Part shown: piece by piece, positions 30,012 through 38,954 of the stretch | Position numbering within the stretch: position 1 is the stretch's first letter | How the letters are laid out: each line of letters begins with the position of its first letter | Origin: Candidatus Bathyarchaeota archaeon | Lineage (GTDB): Archaea > Thermoproteota > Bathyarchaeia > 40CM-2-53-6 | Reading direction: 5' to 3' | NCBI GenBank assembly: GCA_963733055.1 | Contig: CAVTBR010000003.1 | Span: forward strand, 160,001-224,000 | Length of the DNA: 64,000 bases | Notes under the pieces: generated by a model | What the model saw: the letters and a program-made list of their open reading frames with translations, nothing else | What the model was told of the DNA's origin: nothing | Database searches by the model: none | Translations under genes and position numbers: made by a program

Positions 30012-31034
30012 TCATACAGAGAAATCTCTCGCCAAGGATATGGTTTCCTTATCGAGTTGTTTCGTCTTGCCTAATATTTCGGTTAACGGTACTTGCGCGA
30101 TTGTACTACCACGAAGGCAGACCATGAAACCAGATCCTCCGTCCCTTATCGCCTGGATCGCGGCGACAGCGAGTCGGGTGGCGAGTATGCGGTCGTAGGC
30201 AGAGGGCGCTCCTCCTCTAACTACATGTCCTAAGACCACTGCGCGCGATTCAATTCCTGTACGTTTCTCAATCTCTTTAGCTAGCAAGTCTCCAATCCCC
30301 CCTAGACGTGGGTGTCCAAATTCATCCACTTTTGTAGAATCGCCTGTCGGTACGTCTTTGAGGCTGCAGCCTTCGCCTACGACTACGACTGAGGCGTTTG
30401 CTCCAGATGCATGTCGTTTCTTGAGAAAGGTCGCGACTTCGTCTAGATCGAATGGTTCCTCAGGTACTAGTATGAGGTTCGCTGCACCAGCCACACCAGC
30501 GTAAGCCGCAATCCATCCAGCGTGCCGCCCCATCACCTCAACAACCATTATCCTATCGTGTGAAGATCCGGTTGTCTGAATCCTGTCAATCGCCTCGACC
30601 GTCACGTTCACCGCGGAATCGAATCCGAACGTCATATCAGTCCCCACGATATCGTTGTCAATTGTTTTCGGGATGCCCACCACCTTCAACCCCATTGCAG
30701 CGAACTTCGCAGCGACGCTTAGAGTGTCCTCCCCGCCGACAGCGACGAGGACGTCCATCCCAAGTTTCTTCACATTGGCAAGAACCGTTTCCGGTCCATC
30801 TTTTCTGCTGAAGGGGTTAGTCCTAGTTGTGTGGAGAATTGTTCCTCCAAGGTTGATCATATGAGAGACGTCGCTCCACTCTAGCGGAACGGTATCAATC
30901 TCTAAAAGGCCAGCCCATCCGTGCCGTATTCCGATCACATCGTATCCAAACTGCTCGCTCTTCCTTACCACAGCCCTCGTAACGGCGTTCAAGCCTGCGC
31001 AGTCTCCACCACCGTTCAATATTCCTAATTTCAT
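30012..31034 (-). CDS. pfkA: PfkA-family 6-phosphofructokinase (group III; GGEDT/PKTIDND suggests PPi-dependent)
   Basis: GGGDCAGLN, GGTIL, GGEDT, PKTIDND, EVMGRHAGW, LGHVVRGG. Confidence 0.92.
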   Translation of the reverse strand: MKLGILNGGGDCAGLNAVTRAVVRKSEQFGYDVIGIRHGWAGLLEIDTVPLEWSDVSHMINLGGTILHTTRTNPFSRKDGPETVLANVKKLGMDVLVAVGGEDTLSVAAKFAAMGLKVVGIPKTIDNDIVGTDMTFGFDSAVNVTVEAIDRIQTTGSSHDRIMVVEVMGRHAGWIAAYAGVAGAANLILVPEEPFDLDEVATFLKKRHASGANASVVVVGEGCSLKDVPTGDSTKVDEFGHPRLGGIGDLLAKEIEKRTGIESRAVVLGHVVRGGAPSAYDRILATRLAVAAIQAIRDGGSGFMVCLRGSTIAQVPLTEILGKTKQLDKETISLARDFSV

Positions 31035-31143
31035 AGCCTAGTCTTCCCTGAATGCTAAGGTGTCGGATATTGTAATCCATGCAATTTGCAGTTTACTATT
31101 CGCTGGTTATCTGGTGTGAATCGATGGATTGGTATATGGCGAT

Positions 31144-32142
31144 CTACTTTACGGGTGGATTGGTCAGCGTTAATGATCGGGTAATGTCTTCTACGAGTGG
31201 CTTTGAACCTACGTAAAGGGCCGACCGTTGATGTGGACTCTTAGGCTGCACTTCAAGGATGGACTTTCCGGTCTCATCCACAGCAGCTCCGCCTGCCTCA
31301 GAGCAAATGAAAGCAACGACAGCTGTTTCGTACATCAGGCGAAGTTTGCCCTGGGGGCGGTTCTTTTTTGGATTTGGATGATTGACTATGGCAGGATACA
31401 TGAACATGCCACCATTCGAGATGGTGCGGTGGAAGTCCGGGGCTAAAGCTCCAATGTATCTGAAGGCGTACTTTGCCTCATTTTTCGCGATCCATTCCTG
31501 AACCGGTTTGGAGTAAGTGCCCCGGTTTGATGAGTTGAATGACAATTCCCAACCCGTTTTGTCTTCGGGTAGAACGATTCTGGTTGGCCTGACGAATTCC
31601 ATCGTCTCGTCGATATGGAAGCGCCAAGCGCCGGCGTCTTTGAGCGCGAGGGTGAAGGTACCTGTAGGGATTACGAACATACCGGCAGCAATGTAGTTTC
31701 TTCCGGCCCGTAGATGGTTGTCTTCGGGACCATCCAAGTTCTTTTTGGCAACGCCGAACATGAAACCAACAGGTAACCCGTGAGGGACGTTCGAGGAACC
31801 ATCCAGAGGGTCGAAATAGACGAAGTAGCGTCCGTCAGGATTCATCTGAACAATATCCTCTGATTCTTCGCTGATTGCATGAATCACGCGTCTCGATGCT
31901 CGTAGATGGTGGAGCGTAATCTCCTGGGCGATTTGATCCATACGGAGAACATCGTCGCCATGGACGTTCACGTTACCTGCTAATCCAACGTTCCCTTTCA
32001 GTGCGCCTGTTAAGTAGGAGTGTTCGATATGCTTGGCCGCGCTGATCAACGCGTCCATCAGAATGAGAAAGTGATGGGTACGGTGATGCTTCTCCTGGTG
32101 GTCTAGCAGGAACCCCATCACTGTATCTTCGAACTGTGTCAT
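31144..32142 (-). CDS. fbp: Class I fructose-1,6-bisphosphatase
   Basis: SEE, FDPLDGSSN, RYIGALAPDFHR, GGMFMYP, GKLRLMYE, HQRS. Confidence 0.92.
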   Translation of the reverse strand: MTQFEDTVMGFLLDHQEKHHRTHHFLILMDALISAAKHIEHSYLTGALKGNVGLAGNVNVHGDDVLRMDQIAQEITLHHLRASRRVIHAISEESEDIVQMNPDGRYFVYFDPLDGSSNVPHGLPVGFMFGVAKKNLDGPEDNHLRAGRNYIAAGMFVIPTGTFTLALKDAGAWRFHIDETMEFVRPTRIVLPEDKTGWELSFNSSNRGTYSKPVQEWIAKNEAKYAFRYIGALAPDFHRTISNGGMFMYPAIVNHPNPKKNRPQGKLRLMYETAVVAFICSEAGGAAVDETGKSILEVQPKSPHQRSALYVGSKPLVEDITRSLTLTNPPVK

Positions 32143-32225
32143 CCTTGCATCCCTTGATCAGCGAGAAGAATAATGGATTTTCGGAGACCTCGCACTTCCT
32201 ACGGTTATTCCGGCCATTTAGCCTG

Positions 32226-33020
32226 CTACCGGGAGAATTTCGTTAGCGCCGTCTCGACGGTTTGACCGTTAAAGATTATCTCCCTTAAAGCCGCGGCCAT
32301 TTCTAGGGGTCGATCATGCTGCCAGACATTTCGTCCGACAGCCAGACCGGTACCGCCGGCGTTGATCACTCCCTTCACTTGTGTTAGAAAAGCCTCGTCG
32401 GTAGGCGCTTTCGGTCCTCCGGACATGAAGACCTTCGCCGCGCCTGCTGACTTCACGGCCCATTTGAATGTCTCAGAATCCCCCGTGTACTTGATCTTAA
32501 CAGCGTCCGCGCCTGCTTCTAGGCCCGTTCGTGCCGCGTAGGCAATTATTTCGGGTGCAGTATCATTTGGAACAGATTCGCCCCGAGGGTATACCCACGT
32601 GATAGCAGCGAGGCCCAGTTGGTGAGCTTCCTCCTGAATCTTCCCAAATTCGTTCAACATGAGATGTTCGTGGGCACTTCCCAAGTAGATCGTATAGCCG
32701 ACCGCTTTTGCACCAAGGGCTTTGGCATGTTTCACGCTGCAATTTTGACTTGCAAACGGTTCACCCTTGGGAAGGCTTGTTTTACCATTGACCTTGATGA
32801 TTAATGGAGTCTTTCCGTCATAATATTTCTCAGCGACACCTTTCTGGAAGATCAACCCGCTGAACTTGCCCTTCCAGGCAATTTCTTGAATGTATTCAGG
32901 GTCAACACTCTTCTCGTTGAAGTCTTTCGTCGGCCCGTGCTCTAAGCCTTGGTCATACGCGAGTAAGATTCCCTTTCCTTTCCGCAGGAAAGGTGCCATG
33001 GCAGACTTGATGGTTTTCAT
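32226..33020 (-). CDS. fba: Archaeal/DhnA-type class I fructose-bisphosphate aldolase
   Basis: LAYDQGLEHGP, WVYPRG, GADAVKIKYTG, SGGPK, AVGRNVWQ. Confidence 0.92.
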   Translation of the reverse strand: MKTIKSAMAPFLRKGKGILLAYDQGLEHGPTKDFNEKSVDPEYIQEIAWKGKFSGLIFQKGVAEKYYDGKTPLIIKVNGKTSLPKGEPFASQNCSVKHAKALGAKAVGYTIYLGSAHEHLMLNEFGKIQEEAHQLGLAAITWVYPRGESVPNDTAPEIIAYAARTGLEAGADAVKIKYTGDSETFKWAVKSAGAAKVFMSGGPKAPTDEAFLTQVKGVINAGGTGLAVGRNVWQHDRPLEMAAALREIIFNGQTVETALTKFSR

Positions 33021-33105
33021 CTGTAACCATCCGATTCATCCCTTCGCACTGAATAAAAAGCTCCCTTCCAATTGCAGCCGACGAAAAATAAGTTGGAAAA
33101 TGGGT

Positions 33106-33558
33106 CTATCGACCGAGTCGCTGGTTATGTTCTATCTTCATACACCTATCCATAACAACATCCATTCCTGCGGCCGCCGCAGTTCGAGCCGCTTCCTCGT
33201 TGACGATCCCGAGTTGCATCCAAACAGCCTTCGGCCGTCCCGTCTTATTGCGGAGTTGCACGGTTTCAGCAACAATAGGGGACACATCTTCGGCTCGTCT
33301 GAATATGTCGACAATGTCGATCTCTCGTTTTAGCTCGTCTGGAAGATGGAGGAGTGAGGGGTATGATTTCTCACCCAAGACCTCATCTACGGTTGGATTT
33401 ATCGGGACGATTCGGTAGCCATGGCTTTTCAGGAACTTGGCCACGTCGTGGCTTGGTTTCGCAGGATCCTTCGATAAACCTACGACAGCAACAGTTTTCA
33501 TTGCTAGAACTTTGTCGATGAGGCGGTCAAGGTCAGAGGCCATACTAACCTGGTTCAA
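33106..33558 (-). CDS. CoA-binding protein (YccU-like)
   Basis: VAVVGLS, PINP, VDIFRR, VWMQLGI, MDRCMK. Confidence 0.9.
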   Translation of the reverse strand: MNQVSMASDLDRLIDKVLAMKTVAVVGLSKDPAKPSHDVAKFLKSHGYRIVPINPTVDEVLGEKSYPSLLHLPDELKREIDIVDIFRRAEDVSPIVAETVQLRNKTGRPKAVWMQLGIVNEEAARTAAAAGMDVVMDRCMKIEHNQRLGR

Positions 33559-33648
33559 GGCTTGCGGTAAGGTATAGATTAATCCATCTTTGAAACCTAC
33601 GAGAACTTCATATTAGTATTCGAGAATTCAAACGGCTTCGACTTCCTC

Positions 33649-34584
33649 ATGACAGCCAAAATCCTTGTGACGGATCCGATTCACGAAGATGGGATTACCG
33701 CGTTAAAGGGAGCGGGCTTCGATGTTACTCAGAACTCTAACCTTACCCCCGATCAGCTGATGATAGTGATCCTTGACTACGACGCCCTGATTGTCCGGGG
33801 ACGAACCAAAGTTACTAGCGCCATAATCAACGCTGGTTCCAAGCTTCGCGCCGTGGCCAGGTCCGGAGTTGGATTGGATAATATTGACTTAGAAGCTGCG
33901 CGTAAGAGATCACTTCAGATAATCTCAACACCCGCCGCGCCCACGACTAGCGTCGCCGAATTAACGGTTGGATTGGTTTTGGCGGTGCTTCGAAAGATAT
34001 CATTTGCAGATCGAGCCATGAAGGAAGGAAGATGGGCAAAGTCTGAGTTGATGGGTAGAGAACTCAAGGGCAAAACTGTAGGAGTCGTTGGTGCAGCCGG
34101 ACGAATCGGGTTAGAAGTGGCTAGAATCTGCTTACAGGGTTTCGAAACCAAAGTGATCGGTTACGATGTGCTGGATCTGACTGAGAAGGCGCGGAGCTTA
34201 GGTTTTCGTGCAGTTAGCAAGGTTGAGGACCTCTTGAGTGAATCGGACATCGTAACAATCCATGTTCCCTATCTTCCAAGCACCCATCACCTCATCAACG
34301 CAAACACACTCATGGGCATGAAGAACGGGTCAATTGTCATCAACCCGTCGCGAGGCGACATTATTGACGGGCAGGCACTATTGGCGGCCCTCAAGTCAGG
34401 CAAACTCGCAGGAGCAGGCCTTGATGTGTTTCATGCGGAGCCACCCAAAGATGACTGGGAAAAGGAGCTGGTCAAGCTGCCTAACGTGGTGTGTACATCG
34501 CACATTGGCGCACAGACTGTTGAATGCCAGCGGCTGGAGAGCACGATGGTGGCTGAGCAACTCATAAAGACCTTGAAGAAGTGA
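33649..34584 (+). CDS. D-isomer 2-hydroxyacid dehydrogenase (SerA-like, no ACT domain)
   Basis: RSGVGLDNID, SVAEL, ELKGKT, RG, GAGLDVF..EP, HIGAQT. Confidence 0.88.
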   Translation: MTAKILVTDPIHEDGITALKGAGFDVTQNSNLTPDQLMIVILDYDALIVRGRTKVTSAIINAGSKLRAVARSGVGLDNIDLEAARKRSLQIISTPAAPTTSVAELTVGLVLAVLRKISFADRAMKEGRWAKSELMGRELKGKTVGVVGAAGRIGLEVARICLQGFETKVIGYDVLDLTEKARSLGFRAVSKVEDLLSESDIVTIHVPYLPSTHHLINANTLMGMKNGSIVINPSRGDIIDGQALLAALKSGKLAGAGLDVFHAEPPKDDWEKELVKLPNVVCTSHIGAQTVECQRLESTMVAEQLIKTLKK

Positions 34585-34651
34585 AATGCGAAGGCCATCG
34601 ACTCGTACGCCTTAAATGAGAAATCACGTAACCTGAGAGCGGGCCAAAATT

Positions 34652-34975
34652 ATGACAGCATCATTCAGTGATTTCCAGAAACTTGCATTTAGAGTGGGAA
34701 AGATAACCGCAGCAGAAAGAATTCCGAACATGAAGAAGATTCTCAAGGTTCAAGTTGACATTGGGGAGAGGACGGCACAAGCGATCGCGGGCGGAGCAGA
34801 ATTCTATGAGCCAAGCACATTCATCGGAAGGCAGGTGGTAGTCTTGACGAACATGGAACCGAAGATGATTGCGGGCGTACAGTCCGAAGTCATGCTATTA
34901 GCCGCTGATCGACAAGGCAAACCCGTTTGGTTAACTGTAACTGAAGAAGTCCCTCCGGGAACTGTGGTCCGCTAG
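34652..34975 (+). CDS. Trbp111/CsaA-like tRNA-binding OB-fold protein
   Basis: DFQKLAFRVGKI, VDIG, NMEPKMIAGVQSEVMLL, PPGT. Confidence 0.88.
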   Translation: MTASFSDFQKLAFRVGKITAAERIPNMKKILKVQVDIGERTAQAIAGGAEFYEPSTFIGRQVVVLTNMEPKMIAGVQSEVMLLAADRQGKPVWLTVTEEVPPGTVVR

Positions 34976-35065
34976 AACCGTAAACCCCTCGCCATTGAGA
35001 ACGTCTACAAAGTCCTTAATCTAGCTACTCTATGAACCAAGCATCCATATCGCAATCATAATCAG

Positions 35066-36295
35066 ATGCATACCGAGGAAGAAGAAGTGGATTTCAACTT
35101 CAGCCCAGAACATGAGCTATTCCGAAAGACCGTGAGAGAGTTCTGCAGCAAAGAATTATCACCACATTCACGCGAAATGGAACGAAACGCACGGATGCCC
35201 GACTCCGTAATTCGCGGCTTGGCAAAGATGGGGTTGTTCGGACTAGCTATTCCGACGGAGTACGGAGGTTCGGCTGCAGATGCCGTCTCCGCAGGAATAG
35301 CTGGAGAAGAGATTGGGAGAGGTGATCTGAGCTGTGCTACCGCCGTGCTCTACTTGGTACCTGTCGCGTGGAGCCACGTGCTAAACAAATTCGGCTCCCC
35401 TGAACTGAAAAAGAAAACGTTACCAAAGATTGCTTCAGGTAAGGGTTTCCTGGGAATCGCCGCAACCGAGGCGGGGGTAGGGTCAGATCTCGGAAACATG
35501 TCCACCACTGCGAAGAGAGCCGGCAACGAGTACGTTTTGAATGGGGAGAAAATGTACATCAGTGGCATTAGGGAAGCTAGCGAGCAAATGTCGGATGGTA
35601 GCGGGTACGTGGTCTTGGCCAAGACTGATTCCTCGGCTGGCACTAAGGGAATGTCATTCTTCTTCGTGCCGTTCAAGAATACCAATGGTTTGACTCCCAG
35701 TTACCTCGAGGAAATGGGTCGGAGGGGAATGTCTGCAGGGGGTTTTCTAATGAAAGACGTGCACGTGCCCGCTGAAAATAGGCTTGGCGAGGAAAACAAG
35801 GGCTTCTACTACGCGATGGAAGGCTTCGACTTTGCCCGCGCCATAATCGCACTCGTATGTTGTGGAGCAGCAATGGCAGCGTTGGATTCCGGGATCGAGT
35901 ACATCAAACAGCGCAGAGCGTTCACCCAACCCATTGGACGCTTCGAGGGCATTCAATTCAAACTCGCAGAAGACTACAGCCGGGTTGACGCCGCCCGCCT
36001 GCTCGCCTACAGAGGACTCTGGATGTTCGAACAAGAACAGAAAAACAAGGCATTCAACCGTTTTGAAGTTACCAGAGCAATTGCCGAAGCTAAAATGCTA
36101 GCGCCAGTAACCGCGTTTGAAACAATAAACGACGTTCTGCAATGGTTCGGGGCATTCGGATACACACTAGATTGTCCGATCGAAATGGGTTTACGAGGCG
36201 TACGATCTTACATGTTAGCCGAGGGATCAACCGAGATCATGAAACTCATCGTAGCACGAGAGCTTCTCGGCAAAGAGTTCGCACACAGCAGCTAG
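35066..36295 (+). CDS. Acyl-CoA dehydrogenase
   Basis: PTEYGG, ATEAGVGSD, LNGEKMYIS, RRAFTQPI, FGAFGY, AEGSTEIMKLIVAR. Confidence 0.93.
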   Translation: MHTEEEEVDFNFSPEHELFRKTVREFCSKELSPHSREMERNARMPDSVIRGLAKMGLFGLAIPTEYGGSAADAVSAGIAGEEIGRGDLSCATAVLYLVPVAWSHVLNKFGSPELKKKTLPKIASGKGFLGIAATEAGVGSDLGNMSTTAKRAGNEYVLNGEKMYISGIREASEQMSDGSGYVVLAKTDSSAGTKGMSFFFVPFKNTNGLTPSYLEEMGRRGMSAGGFLMKDVHVPAENRLGEENKGFYYAMEGFDFARAIIALVCCGAAMAALDSGIEYIKQRRAFTQPIGRFEGIQFKLAEDYSRVDAARLLAYRGLWMFEQEQKNKAFNRFEVTRAIAEAKMLAPVTAFETINDVLQWFGAFGYTLDCPIEMGLRGVRSYMLAEGSTEIMKLIVARELLGKEFAHSS

Positions 36296-36384
36296 CCGGT
36301 CGACCACTTTATTTTTGAACTCTTAAATAGCAAACGTAGTTCTGGTTGCGCTCAAAGCCTAAATGACACGGGTAGTGCGGAACA

Positions 36385-37311
36385 TTGCGTCATATTGCAA
36401 TTGTGACATTAGCCATTTTTCTCATGTCCGCACTGTTTGTTCCCGCCTCAGCATACAATGTCACCGTGAATATTCAGGGACAGCAGGTCCACACTTCAAT
36501 TTCGTTATCCTTGACTCAAAACATTACCGCGCTCCCTATCCTCACAGCAACATTAGATTCCTCCAGCCAACCAAACCTCTCCACGGCTTTCGATCAAGGT
36601 TTAAGCCAAGCCGATCCCAACGCTGTCACCTCGGGTCTTAGTGTTGGTGTCAGTTCAACTAAGGCTTCCCTCAACCTCACTTGCGCCATGGATGTGTCGG
36701 GGATTGCCAAGAGAAATGGGAACATCGTTTCCGTCAACATGACATGGTTGGCATTCAATGTGACCTCGGATCTGCGGGCCGGCAATCTAAGTTACAACAC
36801 GATAGGAAGCCGCTACTTCGCTCCCATAATCGCGTATTACGCAAACGCGAGTCGTCTCGTAGGGCGCCCGAACTCGACAATTGGCGGAGTGACGTTCTTC
36901 GTTAACGGAACATCATTCAACCCAACTCAAACACAGAACTATGTCGACAACTTCACGATGCTGAAGTTCGGCTCGCTCAGGCCAAGTTTGGATCAATGGA
37001 ACCGTACCTACACCCTTAGCAATAACACGACTACATGGCGTTACTCCCCGCCCCAACTGTTCAACTTCGATATGAGAATACAACGCAACAACGTGACCAC
37101 GTCCTACGCAGCGCAGTATGCATACAATGCCATAATCTCGGTTTCAGGGCTGAGTCGGGCGAAGGGACATGTTATTCTGGTCGACGTTGGCACCGGCGAT
37201 CTGGAATGGGTGATGGCTGCGATAGTGGTCGTAGCTGTATTATCAGCGGTTAGCGTCCAAGTCTTTTATGCGAGAAGAAAGAAGCGACTTGGAAAGTTTC
37301 AGCGAAGGTAG
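36385..37311 (+). CDS. Secreted, C-terminally anchored surface (glyco)protein
   Basis: Signal peptide; N/S/T-rich with many N-x-S/T sequons; C-terminal TM and basic tail. Confidence 0.75.
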   Translation: MRHIAIVTLAIFLMSALFVPASAYNVTVNIQGQQVHTSISLSLTQNITALPILTATLDSSSQPNLSTAFDQGLSQADPNAVTSGLSVGVSSTKASLNLTCAMDVSGIAKRNGNIVSVNMTWLAFNVTSDLRAGNLSYNTIGSRYFAPIIAYYANASRLVGRPNSTIGGVTFFVNGTSFNPTQTQNYVDNFTMLKFGSLRPSLDQWNRTYTLSNNTTTWRYSPPQLFNFDMRIQRNNVTTSYAAQYAYNAIISVSGLSRAKGHVILVDVGTGDLEWVMAAIVVVAVLSAVSVQVFYARRKKRLGKFQRR

Positions 37312-37314
37312 AAT

Positions 37315-37857
37315 TCAGCCGCGTACTCTCTCTTTTGCGACCTTCTTGAGTTCAGCGTTGTCGAAGATTCCTTTGAAATGTTCCTTAAGGATTCCAAGGT
37401 AAAGGGCGACTTCATCGTCGCTCATGTACTGGAACATGTAGTCGCCTTTGTAGGGAGAAGGTTCGCCCTCTCGGGAGATGTACTCGATATGCATCAGGGG
37501 ATCTCCCCGCTTAATGGTGATAGGTTGCCGGCCGTTGTTTAAGTTAACAAGCTCCAGCGCAAGGCGCCCCACGAATCCGCTATGAACCTTAGCCGCGTTG
37601 AGAAACGACAGCCCCATCCTGCCATATTTGCTCTTGGCGGTAAGGTGGGAAACGTAGGTTGGCGGCGTGAAAACTACTTCGTAGGATATGACGTTCCGAT
37701 GCTCAAGGTAATGTAGTGTGGTCTCGTCCCGTACGGTGAGAACGTATCCGTCGCCATCTAACAATGCATAGTCGAACGGATGGATGCATTTGTAGGTTTG
37801 AATGAGCTTCGTAATCTGTTCTCTTCCCGCAACGCCCAAGGCAATAACCTCCAACAT
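37315..37857 (-). CDS. dCTP deaminase/dUTPase-family protein
   Basis: AKSKYGRMGL, VHSGFVGRLALELVN, PYKGDY. Confidence 0.8.
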   Translation of the reverse strand: MLEVIALGVAGREQITKLIQTYKCIHPFDYALLDGDGYVLTVRDETTLHYLEHRNVISYEVVFTPPTYVSHLTAKSKYGRMGLSFLNAAKVHSGFVGRLALELVNLNNGRQPITIKRGDPLMHIEYISREGEPSPYKGDYMFQYMSDDEVALYLGILKEHFKGIFDNAELKKVAKERVRG

Positions 37858-37899
37858 GTACGGGAATCTTCAGTATTTCTGCGTTAGCATTCTCGCATC

Positions 37900-38409
37900 T
37901 CAGGCGCTGAGCGAGGCACTCATAGTAGCAGTGTAGTACTCCGAGTTGGCTATGAGCTGCTGCTGAGAGGTAAGCGTGATCAAAATGTTTGCTCCTTTGC
38001 CCGCCCCGACCGTAAAATCTACGATACCATCGATCTCAGGAGAGGCGATTCCAAGGGGCGACGATGTATTGTTAAACACCCAGGTAACGTTCGATACCTC
38101 AATCCTGATTGAGTCGTAGTCTCCGGAAGCAACCTGTCCCGTCCCCAAGACGTTAGTGGAATTTTCGAGCGAAACCAAATCCATACTCACCGATTGATTG
38201 GAGAGGACCTTCCATCCTTGACCGCTGGCTTGTCCCTTGGGGTGAACCGAGACACTGTCGATTGTAACGTAAACATGGTCGGCTTTTGATATCGCGGCAG
38301 AGCGCATGGAAACTGAAACGCTTCCCATTGAAACTGCTGGGTAGACTAAGATGACTACTAGTATGACCGCGGAGATTGCGGCCACTATTTGCTTCGAATT
38401 CACTGTCAA
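37900..38409 (-). CDS. DUF4382-like exported beta-sandwich protein
   Basis: N-terminal TM; HVYVTIDSVSVH, DLVSL, GDYDSIRI. Confidence 0.7.
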   Translation of the reverse strand: MTVNSKQIVAAISAVILVVILVYPAVSMGSVSVSMRSAAISKADHVYVTIDSVSVHPKGQASGQGWKVLSNQSVSMDLVSLENSTNVLGTGQVASGDYDSIRIEVSNVTWVFNNTSSPLGIASPEIDGIVDFTVGAGKGANILITLTSQQQLIANSEYYTATMSASLSA

Positions 38410-38492
38410 TCAGCGTCGCCCTATAATGGGCGTTTTCTTAAAAGCACATTGGATTCATTCAAGGGACAACTACCCCCCAAGTCCAAGAGCGG

Positions 38493-38867
38493 GTGGAGCC
38501 CAGCAGAACCTTCACGGGGTCAGGGAATAAGAAATCTGAAGATTGCACAGTCCCAACCAATTATTGGCGGATAGCTTACACGGTCAACGCCGAAAAACGA
38601 GCCGTAACGCACGGTTCGGCTATGTTTTCAAGCAACGACACTGTGAACTACGTCGCATCTATGACGTTTGACAACTCTGGAAACGACTCAAGCTATATCT
38701 AGACAAACCCCGGGGACTTCTAGCTAAATGTGATTATAGAGACCCCAAGCTCGTGGACGATCGAAGTCCAAACCCAAAGCAACTCGGGGCATCAACCCAG
38801 GGTGAGCGTTTTGATTACGATAGATGAGGAAACGAAAATGCAAATCGAGATGCCTAAGTCGATCTAA
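38493..38867 (+). pseudogene. Remnant of an exported beta-sandwich protein with two in-frame TAG codons
   Basis: FTGSGNKKSED.TVPTNYWRIAYTV...SYI*TNPGDF*LNVIIETPSSWTIEVQ reads as one domain through the stops; no signal peptide; end coordinate approximate. Confidence 0.45.
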
Positions 38868-38954
38868 GAGACGCGATGCACTTATTCTGATGAAAATATT
38901 TATACAAAAGCCTTAACTCGACTTTCATTCGATAAGGCTCATCTGGTTAAGAAA

